From a virus: a stretch of 64,000 bases of DNA. Shown here piece by piece: positions 1-9,208 of the stretch (the stretch's first letter is position 1; each line of letters opens with the position of its first letter). Both the position numbers and the translations under genes were made by a program. The notes below the pieces were generated by a model that searched no databases, had not been told where the DNA came from, and worked only from the letters and a program-made list of their open reading frames with translations. The stretch is taken from positions 1-64,000 of IMG/VR virus record IMGVR_UViG_3300026488_000022; one strand, given 5' to 3'.

Positions 1-1144
1 GCTCTAATTTTTCTTTTAGTTTATCTAAATTTTCTTCAAGTTGTTTTTTTAATTCTTTTTGTTTAACATATTCATCTCTTTTTACTTTTAACTTTTCAAT
101 TTGTAATAAAATACTTTTTTTCTTTTTCTCAAAATCATTTTTTAAATTTTCATATTCTACCTTTAATTTATCTACTTTATTTTTTTCTTGTTTATAATAA
201 TTTTTAAACTCTTTAAATGCTAAATCTGCTTTTTTAAACTGCTCTTCATAAATTTTATACTTATCTTTTACAGGACTACTACACACCGGACAAACTCCCT
301 CTTTTAATTCTTCTTTTAATTTATATAAATTTTCAGCTCTTAATTTCAACTCTATTACTTGTTCTTTTAAATCGTCTAATTTCTTTTTTTGTTCTAAATA
401 CTTTTCTTCTTTTTGTTTTATAATTGCTAATGTATTGCTTGTTTCTAATTCATATAAATATTCTTTTAATTTCTCTATCTCTTCTTTATAATTTACTTCT
501 TCAACTTCTTTAATCTTATCAAATAGAACTAAATTATCTTGAATTGAATTATACTGCACTAAAAACAATTCATACTCTTTTTTTAATTCTCTTATTTGTT
601 TTTGAATTGACTCTTGATAAGCCAAAACTTTTTCTACATTAAAAAACCTATAAACAATATTATTTTTCCCTGTAATTTCAATAATACTATCAAGAGAAGT
701 CTGATTAAGATAAGTGAGAGAAGTAATTACATCAAAATCATAATTAATAATTTCGGTTTTAATTAAATTTAATTGATTTGTAATTCCTTTAGGACTTATA
801 AATTCTCCATTTTTATAAATATCAATTGACATTTTATTTCTATCATTAATAATTACAAATTCATTTTCATTTTTTTTAAAATCAAGAGAAATAACATAAG
901 GTTTTTTTGTATAAACATTATTAACGGATTGAATATTTCCCTTTTGGTCTTTAAGATTTTTATTAAAAAGACACTGATAAATTGCATTAAAAATACTTGT
1001 TTTACCTGCACCATTACTCACTAATGTGTCACTTTTTACATCTTTATTAACACCTTTAACAAGATAAACACCTTTTTTGAACTCAAACTCTACTTGTCCT
1101 AACGAATAAAAATTTTCTATCTTGATTTTCTTAAATTCATACAT
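1..1144 (-). CDS. SbcC/Rad50-like ATPase, recombination nuclease subunit (T5 D13/T4 gp46-like); runs off the left edge
   Basis: Not in the ORF track. Hand translation from ATG 1144 gives MYEFKKIKIENFYSLG...SNGAGKTSIFNAI (Walker A), coiled coil and a CPVC zinc hook near 270-300. TAATG overlap with the SbcD-like gene. Confidence 0.9.
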   Translation of the reverse strand, partial: MYEFKKIKIENFYSLGQVEFEFKKGVYLVKGVNKDVKSDTLVSNGAGKTSIFNAIYQCLFNKNLKDQKGNIQSVNNVYTKKPYVISLDFKKNENEFVIINDRNKMSIDIYKNGEFISPKGITNQLNLIKTEIINYDFDVITSLTYLNQTSLDSIIEITGKNNIVYRFFNVEKVLAYQESIQKQIRELKKEYELFLVQYNSIQDNLVLFDKIKEVEEVNYKEEIEKLKEYLYELETSNTLAIIKQKEEKYLEQKKKLDDLKEQVIELKLRAENLYKLKEELKEGVCPVCSSPVKDKYKIYEEQFKKADLAFKEFKNYYKQEKNKVDKLKVEYENLKNDFEKKKKSILLQIEKLKVKRDEYVKQKELKKQLEENLDKLKEKLE

Positions 1145-2145
1145 TACAAATCCTTTTCAATTAACTCAAGCTCATTAATAATTTCTTTTTTAAGTTCTTC
1201 GTCTTCTACTCTTAAATGTTTTTTTACAATATCAGTTATAACTATTTGTTTATCATTATTCTTAATTTCTGAAATAACCTCTTTTTTTTCATTTTCAATT
1301 TCATTAATATTTATAAAAGAATATCTCACAATTTTATCTTTATTATTTTCAATAAAATCAATTAATTTATCTGTTTTAACAACTGAAACAACTTTAAAAA
1401 CATCTTTTTTATTCTGTTCTAAAACTAATTTTAATTTATCAATATCTTTTTCTTCTTTTATTACAAATTTTACTAAATTAGGTAAATTCAATTGTTTCCA
1501 TTTTACTTCATAGTTTTTATTTTCTACATTTAAAACTATATATCCAAAGTCTTCTCTATTATCAAAAACAATCGAATAAGGACTTGAAGTATATTCTATA
1601 TTAACAGCAGGTTTATAATGTTGATGAATATCAGAGAGAATAGTATAATCGAAAGTTTTACTTACATAAACATTATCAATTTCGTCGGTCATATAATTAT
1701 TAATAGCACTTCTATAATGTGAGAATAAAATATTAATATCAGTAAAAAACTCATTTTTAAGTTTATAAATTTCAAAAATTTTATGATGAGAAATAAACCA
1801 AAAAGTTATATCATCTGTAATTTTTAAAAATCCCTTATCAACATATTCAAAGTTAGTTTGGGGAATATAATCATACAAACACTCATTTTTCGATAAATCC
1901 TCATGATTACCGCTTATAAGAATAATTTTATTTTTCACAAAATTATTCGCTTTCTCTATCCACTCATAAAATTTTTTTAACTCATACCAACTCGGATTTG
2001 CTCTGTCTAAAACATCCCCATTTAAAATTAAAATGTCTGGCTCTTCTTTTTTTATTACCTGAATTAAATTAAAAAACCTACGTTCATTAAAATCATAAGG
2101 CTCTTTAATACGAATATGAATATCTCCAAAAACAACGATTTTCAT
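1144..2145 (-). CDS. SbcD/Mre11-like metallophosphoesterase nuclease (T5 D12/T4 gp47-like)
   Basis: Motifs GDIH, GDVLD, GNHE, SH, SDIH; adjacent to SbcC-like gene. Confidence 0.92.
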   Translation of the reverse strand: MKIVVFGDIHIRIKEPYDFNERRFFNLIQVIKKEEPDILILNGDVLDRANPSWYELKKFYEWIEKANNFVKNKIILISGNHEDLSKNECLYDYIPQTNFEYVDKGFLKITDDITFWFISHHKIFEIYKLKNEFFTDINILFSHYRSAINNYMTDEIDNVYVSKTFDYTILSDIHQHYKPAVNIEYTSSPYSIVFDNREDFGYIVLNVENKNYEVKWKQLNLPNLVKFVIKEEKDIDKLKLVLEQNKKDVFKVVSVVKTDKLIDFIENNKDKIVRYSFININEIENEKKEVISEIKNNDKQIVITDIVKKHLRVEDEELKKEIINELELIEKDL

Positions 2146-2210
2146 AAAAAACCTTTTTTACTTATTATACCAAAAAAACTAAAAAAACAAAAGGAGGAAA
2201 GGAGAGAAAA

Positions 2211-3011
2211 TTAATAAGAAGTTTCTAAGTCTTCGTCATCATCAACTTGTGTTTGTGAAGTATCTTCCACTTGATTTGGAGCTTTTGTTTTCACACCCGT
2301 TGAAGCAACCCACTCATCCCATTTTTTAATTAAAGGAATGGTCTCTTTGATTTTTAACTGAAGTTCTGCTGAACTCAATGGCTCAATTTTTTCAATATCA
2401 TAAATCCAAACAGCTCTACCATTTGTTACCTCTTTTTTCGTTTTTACATAAACATAATATTTTAAAGGTAAATGAGCGTCACCAATTAATTCTTTTACTT
2501 GCTCCCAAAATTTCATATAATTTACACCACGCAGATAAATTAAATAAGGATTTTCTTTTCCGTCCTCTTCGATTGTAACAAGTAAAATTTGATTGAATGT
2601 TAATTTAACACCTTTTTCTTTTAAATCACCTACTTTTTCACCTGTTTTAGTCTCAACAACCTCTTTACCCTCCATAATATTTGTAAATACAGGGGTTATA
2701 TGGCTATAACCATTTTTGCTAATATCATAAGCACTATATTGATAACCAACTGCAATAATTCTCATTTTTACAGGCTGTTTAAATACTTTTCCTTGCTTTT
2801 TAACTTCAAGTGTTTTTTTGTCTATTTCCCAGCCTGTTATGATTTCACCCTTTTTTACGCCTTCGTTGATAAGCACATCATCTTTGTCATAATTGATTTT
2901 CACAACATCAAAAGGTAATCCACCGCTTGTCTGTTCTCCGCCTGTATGTTTAGCAATCAATCTTGCTTCTTCTGGGCTAACCCCACTTGCTACTAATTCT
3001 TCATAAGTCAT
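2211..3011 (-). CDS. Probable single-stranded DNA-binding/annealing protein
   Basis: Acidic C-terminal tail (VDDDEDLETSY), size, and position next to SbcD/SbcC as for T5 D11. Confidence 0.55.
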   Translation of the reverse strand: MTYEELVASGVSPEEARLIAKHTGGEQTSGGLPFDVVKINYDKDDVLINEGVKKGEIITGWEIDKKTLEVKKQGKVFKQPVKMRIIAVGYQYSAYDISKNGYSHITPVFTNIMEGKEVVETKTGEKVGDLKEKGVKLTFNQILLVTIEEDGKENPYLIYLRGVNYMKFWEQVKELIGDAHLPLKYYVYVKTKKEVTNGRAVWIYDIEKIEPLSSAELQLKIKETIPLIKKWDEWVASTGVKTKAPNQVEDTSQTQVDDDEDLETSY

Positions 3012-3088
3012 ACTAATCTCCTTCTAATAAATTTACTAATTTTGTGGCTAATGATTTTTAACTAATATTTTTATCAATAGCCTTTAAT

Positions 3089-3117
3089 ATTATATAAAAA
3101 CCTCTTTAAATTGTCAA
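3089..3117 (-). promoter_or_regulatory. sigma70-type promoter upstream of the SSB-like gene
   Basis: TTGACA-17 bp-TATAAT on the minus strand. Confidence 0.8.
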
Positions 3118-3124
3118 GAAAAAT

Positions 3125-4210
3125 TTATTCAAAATTATCAAATTTATTTAAGTCATTTTTAAGTGTCCCTTTTTGATAATTTATATTATCAGCCTCTTGT
3201 AAAGCAACCTGTGTTTTATTTAAATTTCTATAATCATTATACCAATCAATAATATCAGATTTTCTTTCATTATAAATAGGATTTAACCCAATAGTTTTTA
3301 ATCTATAATCTGTCCAATATTTAATAAAATGCTCTCCTATTTCTTTAGTATAACCTAAAATACCCCCCTCTTTTTGTAGATAATCATTCCATTCAAACTC
3401 TAATTCTGTTGTTTCTTTTGCCATATCATACGCCATTTGTTCAATTTTACTTTTTAAATGTATAAAACCTTGCTTTTCGTCTTTCATTAAAATTTTAATC
3501 ACATTCTGTCCGGTTGTCGTATGAACAGTCATTTCATCCCAAGCAATTAATTTTAATGCTTGTGAAAATCCTTGAATACAATTCTTACAAGCTCTATTAA
3601 TAGTCCAAGTTACAAAAAAACTAAAAGGAAATTTTACACCTTCAAGAAAATATGTTCTTAACAACATCTCTATTAAAACCATCTTAGCCTCATCATCTTC
3701 TTTACCTTGTTTAACTAAAACATCAATAAAACGATTAGCTGTTTCTATTTCTTTTTCTGTTCTTTTCTGTAAAATTTTATCATTATAAACATAATCAAGC
3801 ATTTCTGTAACTTTTTCTCCAAACACTTGAAATAAACCATTTGAATAAGAAAGACTATGTATTTGCTCCTCTGTTGCAATTCTACTATATAAATAACTCA
3901 ACCAAGTATCTGTCGCCAATTCACTTAAAACGCCAAATGTATTTGGAACTAAGCTATCCATATTATTTTGATAAAGAATGTTTAAATGAAACATTCTAAA
4001 CATTTTATCGTCTAAATTTCCAATACTTTTTTTATCTTTTGTATAATCAATTTCATTCATAAACCAAGTATTTCCTTCTGAATTCTCGGCAAGCGTCCTA
4101 AATATAGGATAAGCTACTTTATCTATTCTTTGAAAATTACCATAATCACCAAAAAAAAGTTTATTATATTCTTTTGGTTTTTTTGCTAAGCATAATGTAC
4201 TGCACGCCAT
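3125..4210 (-). CDS. nrdB: Ribonucleotide reductase class I beta subunit
   Basis: Ferritin-like motifs EEQIHSLSY (radical Tyr), LEGVKF, DEMTVH; C-terminal ALQEADNINY; follows nrdA. Confidence 0.93.
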   Translation of the reverse strand: MACSTLCLAKKPKEYNKLFFGDYGNFQRIDKVAYPIFRTLAENSEGNTWFMNEIDYTKDKKSIGNLDDKMFRMFHLNILYQNNMDSLVPNTFGVLSELATDTWLSYLYSRIATEEQIHSLSYSNGLFQVFGEKVTEMLDYVYNDKILQKRTEKEIETANRFIDVLVKQGKEDDEAKMVLIEMLLRTYFLEGVKFPFSFFVTWTINRACKNCIQGFSQALKLIAWDEMTVHTTTGQNVIKILMKDEKQGFIHLKSKIEQMAYDMAKETTELEFEWNDYLQKEGGILGYTKEIGEHFIKYWTDYRLKTIGLNPIYNERKSDIIDWYNDYRNLNKTQVALQEADNINYQKGTLKNDLNKFDNFE

Positions 4211-4234
4211 TTTATTCTCCTTTAAATTAAAAAT

Positions 4235-6529
4235 TTATATAGCACAACCTTCACAAACTTCTTCAATTTCACCTTTTTTTAAACTATTAAAATAATACAA
4301 ACTTTTTAAACCAAGTTTCTCTGCATATAAAATATCACTAATTATCTCATAAGCACTATCAGGATTAACTTGATACAAATTTAAACTTTGACTTTGGTCA
4401 AGAAATTTCTGTCTAATAGCTGCCAATTCTAATATTTGTTTCGTCGGTATTTCCCAAGCCTTTTCATAATACATTCTATTTTTTTGTAAATTAGGTACAA
4501 TAAAAGGTAATGTATATGTACCTTCTTTCATTATTTTAAGTTCTCTAATAGGCTCTATTCCCTCAGTAAAATTAAGTACAAGACTTGAGGTAGCCCCAGG
4601 CGGTATGCTCATAAGCAATTCAAACCTTACACCATATTTAACCATTTCCTCTCTTAATTCCTCCCAATTATGTTTTATAGAGTAATTTAATTTTATTCCT
4701 AATTCTTTTTCAATTTCTTTAAAATGTTCTTCATATAATTCCCAACCAAATTTTCCTTTGCTCCACAAGCTACCTTCAAAATAATAATATTTACCTCTTT
4801 GTTTTGCCAACTCTATTGAATTTTTAACAAGATAATAATAAATATCTTCCATAATATAATGTGTAACTTCTTTTGCTTTTTCTTCACTAGATTTTATTTT
4901 TTGACTTGCTAACCAATTATGATAATTAGTAATACCGATACCAATAGCTCTATGTAATTTATTAAACCTTTCCCCTGCTTTTACGGGATAATCAGCATAC
5001 TCAATAGCGTTATCCATACCAAGTAGTAATGAATAAACAAATTTATCTTTTTCTTTTTCATTCATTTTATCCCAAGCTAACAAATTTATAGAAGTTAAAT
5101 TACAAATACCTATTTCACCATCATATTCTCTTACTTCTTTTACCTCTTTCGTTTCTTCGTCTCTTATAAACTTTATTTCTTTAAGTTTTAAAGGTTTTGT
5201 TGGTAAAAGAACTTCAGAACAACACAAATTACCTTGATTTATAAAATCTTTTGTAACTCTAAATTTATTAGCATTATCAACACTAAACCAATATAAATTA
5301 CCTGTTTCACTTCTTATTTTTGCCACTAAATAAGCTAAATCCCTTGCTTTAATTTTTTTCTTTTTAATCCCTTGCTTCTCACTATATAATTTATACCATT
5401 TTTCAAAATCTTCACCATAACTCTCTAACAACTCTGGTGTATCTTTTGGGTCAAATAAATAAATATCTTCATTCTTTTTTATTGCATTAGTAAAAATTTT
5501 ATTCCATTTTATTGCATATTTTAATTTTCTTGCTCTTTCATCTTCATTCCCTCCTGCGTCTTTTAACAAAGTAATTCTCTCACTATCTAAATGCCAAAAA
5601 GGGTAATATATAGCCGCACTTCCCGGACGTGAAGATTTTTGATTAAAAGCACTGACAACACTCTCAAATATCTTTATAAAAGGAATAGTTCCAGAACTCA
5701 CCCCATCTTTACCAATACTACTACCTAAAGCTCTAATTCTACTAATATCAACCCCAAGGCCAGAAGCATTTTTACTATAAATCCCCATACTCCTTGCAGT
5801 TTCCATTATACTTTCACTATCATCATCAACTTGTATAAGAACACAACTTGTGGCATTAAATACATCACTAAGAGAATTTAGCATAATAGGCGTAGCAGGA
5901 GCTATTTTATGCAAACTTAACATATCATATTTTTCTTTAATTCTTTTAATTCTATCTCTATCTTTATAATGTAACTGAATAGCCACTCTCATATAAGTAT
6001 GTTGGGGCAATTCTAATATCTTATTTTTTGTATATTTTTTCGCATATTTTGTCATAAACAATTCTAAACCACCAAAAGTAAATAAAAAATCCCTCTCTGG
6101 CTTAATATAATCGCCAAGTTCTTTTAATTCTTCTTTTGTAAAACTATCTATAATTTCTTTTTTATAAACACCATATTTTAAAGCTTTTTTAACAACTTCT
6201 TTATAATTTGGATACTCATTTCTTTTAATCCCCCAAACTTCTTTGTAATATTTTTGAATTAAAAGTTTTTTAGCTACTTCATCCCACATTGGATACAATA
6301 AAGAAATTTTATTAGCAACTGTATTTATAACTTCATCAAATAATTTACTTATATGTATTCTATCATAAATTTTTATTTGAACATCGTTTAAAACTTCCTT
6401 TACCATCCACTCTCTGTTATCACAAGCCCACTCTAAAACTTTTCTCATTTTTTCTTCATTATACTCCTCTTCTCTACCATCTCTTTTAATTACAATATGT
6501 TTTTTATTTTTTACAAGGGTAATTCCCAT
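4235..6529 (-). CDS. nrdA: Ribonucleotide reductase class I alpha subunit with N-terminal ATP cone
   Basis: VIKRDG ATP cone, PATPIM, SCVL, GNLC, ICNLTSINL, PPGATSS, DQSQSLNLY, KSLYY, terminal CEGC. Confidence 0.96.
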   Translation of the reverse strand: MGITLVKNKKHIVIKRDGREEEYNEEKMRKVLEWACDNREWMVKEVLNDVQIKIYDRIHISKLFDEVINTVANKISLLYPMWDEVAKKLLIQKYYKEVWGIKRNEYPNYKEVVKKALKYGVYKKEIIDSFTKEELKELGDYIKPERDFLFTFGGLELFMTKYAKKYTKNKILELPQHTYMRVAIQLHYKDRDRIKRIKEKYDMLSLHKIAPATPIMLNSLSDVFNATSCVLIQVDDDSESIMETARSMGIYSKNASGLGVDISRIRALGSSIGKDGVSSGTIPFIKIFESVVSAFNQKSSRPGSAAIYYPFWHLDSERITLLKDAGGNEDERARKLKYAIKWNKIFTNAIKKNEDIYLFDPKDTPELLESYGEDFEKWYKLYSEKQGIKKKKIKARDLAYLVAKIRSETGNLYWFSVDNANKFRVTKDFINQGNLCCSEVLLPTKPLKLKEIKFIRDEETKEVKEVREYDGEIGICNLTSINLLAWDKMNEKEKDKFVYSLLLGMDNAIEYADYPVKAGERFNKLHRAIGIGITNYHNWLASQKIKSSEEKAKEVTHYIMEDIYYYLVKNSIELAKQRGKYYYFEGSLWSKGKFGWELYEEHFKEIEKELGIKLNYSIKHNWEELREEMVKYGVRFELLMSIPPGATSSLVLNFTEGIEPIRELKIMKEGTYTLPFIVPNLQKNRMYYEKAWEIPTKQILELAAIRQKFLDQSQSLNLYQVNPDSAYEIISDILYAEKLGLKSLYYFNSLKKGEIEEVCEGCAI

Positions 6530-6538
6530 ACTAACTCC

Positions 6539-7459
6539 TTATTTTAATTTGTAAAACTTCTGTTCTTCATTTGTAGGATAATACAACTTATCAAAAATTT
6601 CAAGACTATCTTCAACTATTTTATTTACACTCTTTACAGGTTTAGACGAAATTTGTTTTTTAATTTCGTTCTGTTCATTTTCGTCTAAATCTTTAAAACC
6701 TAAAGGTTTAAACAACATCATATTATACTTAAACATTTCTTCTAAATCAACAAATTTTTCAGGTATTTTGTATCGTCCTTTTTCAACTAAATCAGCCAAC
6801 CTTCTCTTAATACAAGCTAATTCTCCTTTACATTCGTTATAAATTTTCATATAAGATTTATGCCCTAAACCTTTTAATCCTTTTATGTTCTCTTTTCCAA
6901 CACCACAAAAACAATCTTCTACAACCTTATCAAACCCCAGCTTATAACCAAATTCTTGCTCTAATTCACTTGAATGCAACAACTTACCTCTATTCAAATG
7001 ATAAAGCCACTGATTGCCCCAATTAGCGTTCATTTCATTAAAAAACTTAAGCCAATCACTATCGCTTGTAAAATAAATAAGATTATTCCCAATAAGATAA
7101 TCAGTTAAAACACTTGCTAAATCATCAGCTTCTAAACCATTAACTGCTACAACCCTACCAAAATTTCTCAAGTAACTTTCAAGTTTTGAATAAAATTCAT
7201 TCAGTTTTTTAACCTTTAATTCATAAGCCTCTCCTTGTTTTTTAATCAATTCTTTTCTTTGTGCTTTATATTCTGGAGCAATTTTAACCCTTTTACTTTG
7301 TCCTTTATCCATAACAAAAATAGGAATAACTTGATTACCAAATTCAGTATTTAACATTCTTTTGGCAATCAAATCAGTAAATTTCAATAGATTTGTTTCT
7401 TTTCTATGAAATAAATAATAAACTACTAACTTACTATCTATTATTAATATATTTCTCAT
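6539..7459 (-). CDS. 5'-3' exonuclease / flap endonuclease (T5 D15-like)
   Basis: LIID, D-KG, PEYKAQR, EADD, SDSDW and GVGKENIKGLKGLG helix-turn motif. Confidence 0.85.
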   Translation of the reverse strand: MRNILIIDSKLVVYYLFHRKETNLLKFTDLIAKRMLNTEFGNQVIPIFVMDKGQSKRVKIAPEYKAQRKELIKKQGEAYELKVKKLNEFYSKLESYLRNFGRVVAVNGLEADDLASVLTDYLIGNNLIYFTSDSDWLKFFNEMNANWGNQWLYHLNRGKLLHSSELEQEFGYKLGFDKVVEDCFCGVGKENIKGLKGLGHKSYMKIYNECKGELACIKRRLADLVEKGRYKIPEKFVDLEEMFKYNMMLFKPLGFKDLDENEQNEIKKQISSKPVKSVNKIVEDSLEIFDKLYYPTNEEQKFYKLK

Positions 7460-7489
7460 TTTAAGTCCTTTTTATTTTAGTGTATAAAA

Positions 7490-7518
7490 ATTATAAAATA
7501 TTTTTTATAATAAATCAA
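7490..7518 (-). promoter_or_regulatory. sigma70-type promoter for the exonuclease-nrdA-nrdB operon
   Basis: TTGATT-17 bp-TATAAT about 30 bp upstream of the ATG. Confidence 0.6.
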
Positions 7519-7523
7519 TAAAC

Positions 7524-7689
7524 AAAAGTAAAATTTATTTTAAAAGCTCTATTATAATATATAATAACTTTAAGGGTTTGGACACTTTGGACAGTAACAA
7601 AAAGCCCTAAAATTCGGACTTTTAATAACTTGCAAACATTTATAATCAGTAAAAAATGTCATTTCGGCGGTCAAGAACATTTTATAATT
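7524..7689. repeat. Dispersed intergenic element, copy A
   Basis: ACTTTAAGGGTTTGGACACTTTGGACAGTAACAAAAAGCCCTAAAATTCGGACTTT-38 bp-ATTTCGGCGGTCAAGA, near-identical to copies C-F. Confidence 0.97.
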
Positions 7690-8161
7690 AATTTAAAAGA
7701 CCATACAAAGCAAGAGCATAGGCATCAACTAAATCATCAATTTTTTTATATTTTTTACTAAATAAATCTATAATCTCTCCTGGTGTAGCCTCAATCATAT
7801 CCTCTTTTTTTGCTCTTCCATTTTTAGTATAAAATTTCTTAAGTGTTGTAGGAGGAACTAACATAACTTCGTAATGCTTTTTTAAATCATAAAAAACACT
7901 TCCTAATAACATTGCTAAATCTACTATTTTTCCTTTAGAATGTAAAGAAATGTCCTCTATAATAACTTTTGTAAAAACATCTCTATGTTGCCTAACATAT
8001 TTTTTTACAATATCATTGATTTTTAAAGCTCTTTCTTTAATATTTTTACCCTCTGGAGAAATTAATTTAAAATCTAATAAACCTCCTGAATTTGATAAAA
8101 CTACAATTCCCGTATTTGTAGTAGATAAATCAATACCAATATAAAAATACTTACTTGTCAT
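7688..8161 (-). CDS. RuvC-like Holliday junction resolvase
   Basis: YIGIDLS, IIED, PTTLKK, GRAKKEDM, DDLVDAYALA. Confidence 0.88.
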   Translation of the reverse strand: MTSKYFYIGIDLSTTNTGIVVLSNSGGLLDFKLISPEGKNIKERALKINDIVKKYVRQHRDVFTKVIIEDISLHSKGKIVDLAMLLGSVFYDLKKHYEVMLVPPTTLKKFYTKNGRAKKEDMIEATPGEIIDLFSKKYKKIDDLVDAYALALYGLLN

Positions 8162-8164
8162 TAA

Positions 8165-8404
8165 TTAGCCTCCATAACTATCATCATAAACAATTTTAGC
8201 TCTACCCCTTGCTTTTACATAAACATTTTGATTACCTGTATATTTAAAGAAATCTCCTATTATATAAGCACTAACACTATCTTCATTTGTAGGCTCGTTG
8301 TCTCCTATAAATACTAAAACTTCTCCTTGCTGAACTTGAAAAACACACATACCACTTTTTAATAAAATCCAATTTTGTTCATCTAAAAATTTTGAAACAG
8401 TCAT
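8165..8404 (-). CDS. Hypothetical protein
   Basis: ORF with AAGGAG RBS, tightly packed in the late operon. Confidence 0.6.
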   Translation of the reverse strand: MTVSKFLDEQNWILLKSGMCVFQVQQGEVLVFIGDNEPTNEDSVSAYIIGDFFKYTGNQNVYVKARGRAKIVYDDSYGG

Positions 8405-8413
8405 TTAAACTCC

Positions 8414-8782
8414 TTATACTAATTCAATTTTTATTTCACCATTATCAACATAAAGTCTGTATTTTTTACTTGTATCGCTTCTATCTACTAAAACTAAACC
8501 TTTTGTTTCATCAGTATAAACAATATCCTCGCTAACTTGTGTATTAGCCAAATTACTTAAATCTATATTAGCTTTATCGTCTAAATCTGATTGATAAGCT
8601 ACATTGATATTATCTGCTTTTGTTTTAAAGTCTATATCAGAAACATTCGATAAATCTTTATCTGCTTTATCATCAACATTATCTATTAAATCATTTAAAA
8701 TAGAAAAATTATTATTACAAATAATTCTCCAAACTTTACTACCTGCCTCTATTGTCTCAATTCCATTACTTAAAATAGCCAT
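8414..8782 (-). CDS. Short fibre-like virion protein
   Basis: NNNFSIL head motif, repeated DKADKDLSNV/DKANIDLSNL, C-terminal YRLYVDNG typical of trimeric fibres. Confidence 0.5.
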   Translation of the reverse strand: MAILSNGIETIEAGSKVWRIICNNNFSILNDLIDNVDDKADKDLSNVSDIDFKTKADNINVAYQSDLDDKANIDLSNLANTQVSEDIVYTDETKGLVLVDRSDTSKKYRLYVDNGEIKIELV

Positions 8783-8784
8783 TA

Positions 8785-9198
8785 TTAATCCTTTCTAATC
8801 GTTTTCTGAAAATGAGAAGTATCAGGTTTTTTCCAGAAACCACCCCATCTATTTAATGGACTCAAACGTTCCCAAAACTCCCCAAATTTTTTTAAATCAT
8901 TCTTATTATACGTTAAAACATACTTATTTTCAACAGGTTTAAAAAAATTCAAATCAATTGCTAATCTCTGTAAATGTTTTGAACTTTTTGTCCAACTTAA
9001 TTTTTTATCTTTAATTAAACAAATAGGCTTAGTTGTTTCTTCACACTCTCGCACTCTATAACCATAATAATAAAGTAATTGCATATCATAAGGACGATAC
9101 AATTCCCCTCCTGTAACCAACCATCCTTCTTTTTGAATATAATCAATTAATCTTGCTAAATCATTTAAAAATTCATTTTGTAAAAAAACAAGTTTCAT
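8785..9198 (-). CDS. Endolysin, M15-family (L-Ala-D-Glu) peptidase
   Basis: GELYR, SKHLQRLAIDL (SxHxxxxAxD), RWGGFW..D..HFQ. Confidence 0.85.
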   Translation of the reverse strand: MKLVFLQNEFLNDLARLIDYIQKEGWLVTGGELYRPYDMQLLYYYGYRVRECEETTKPICLIKDKKLSWTKSSKHLQRLAIDLNFFKPVENKYVLTYNKNDLKKFGEFWERLSPLNRWGGFWKKPDTSHFQKTIRKD

Positions 9199-9208
9199 TT
9201 TTAATCCT

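Noticed and set aside
8633-8640. Late-promoter octamer inside gene 8414-8782
   Set aside because: Over 200 bp from the next start; may be a chance match
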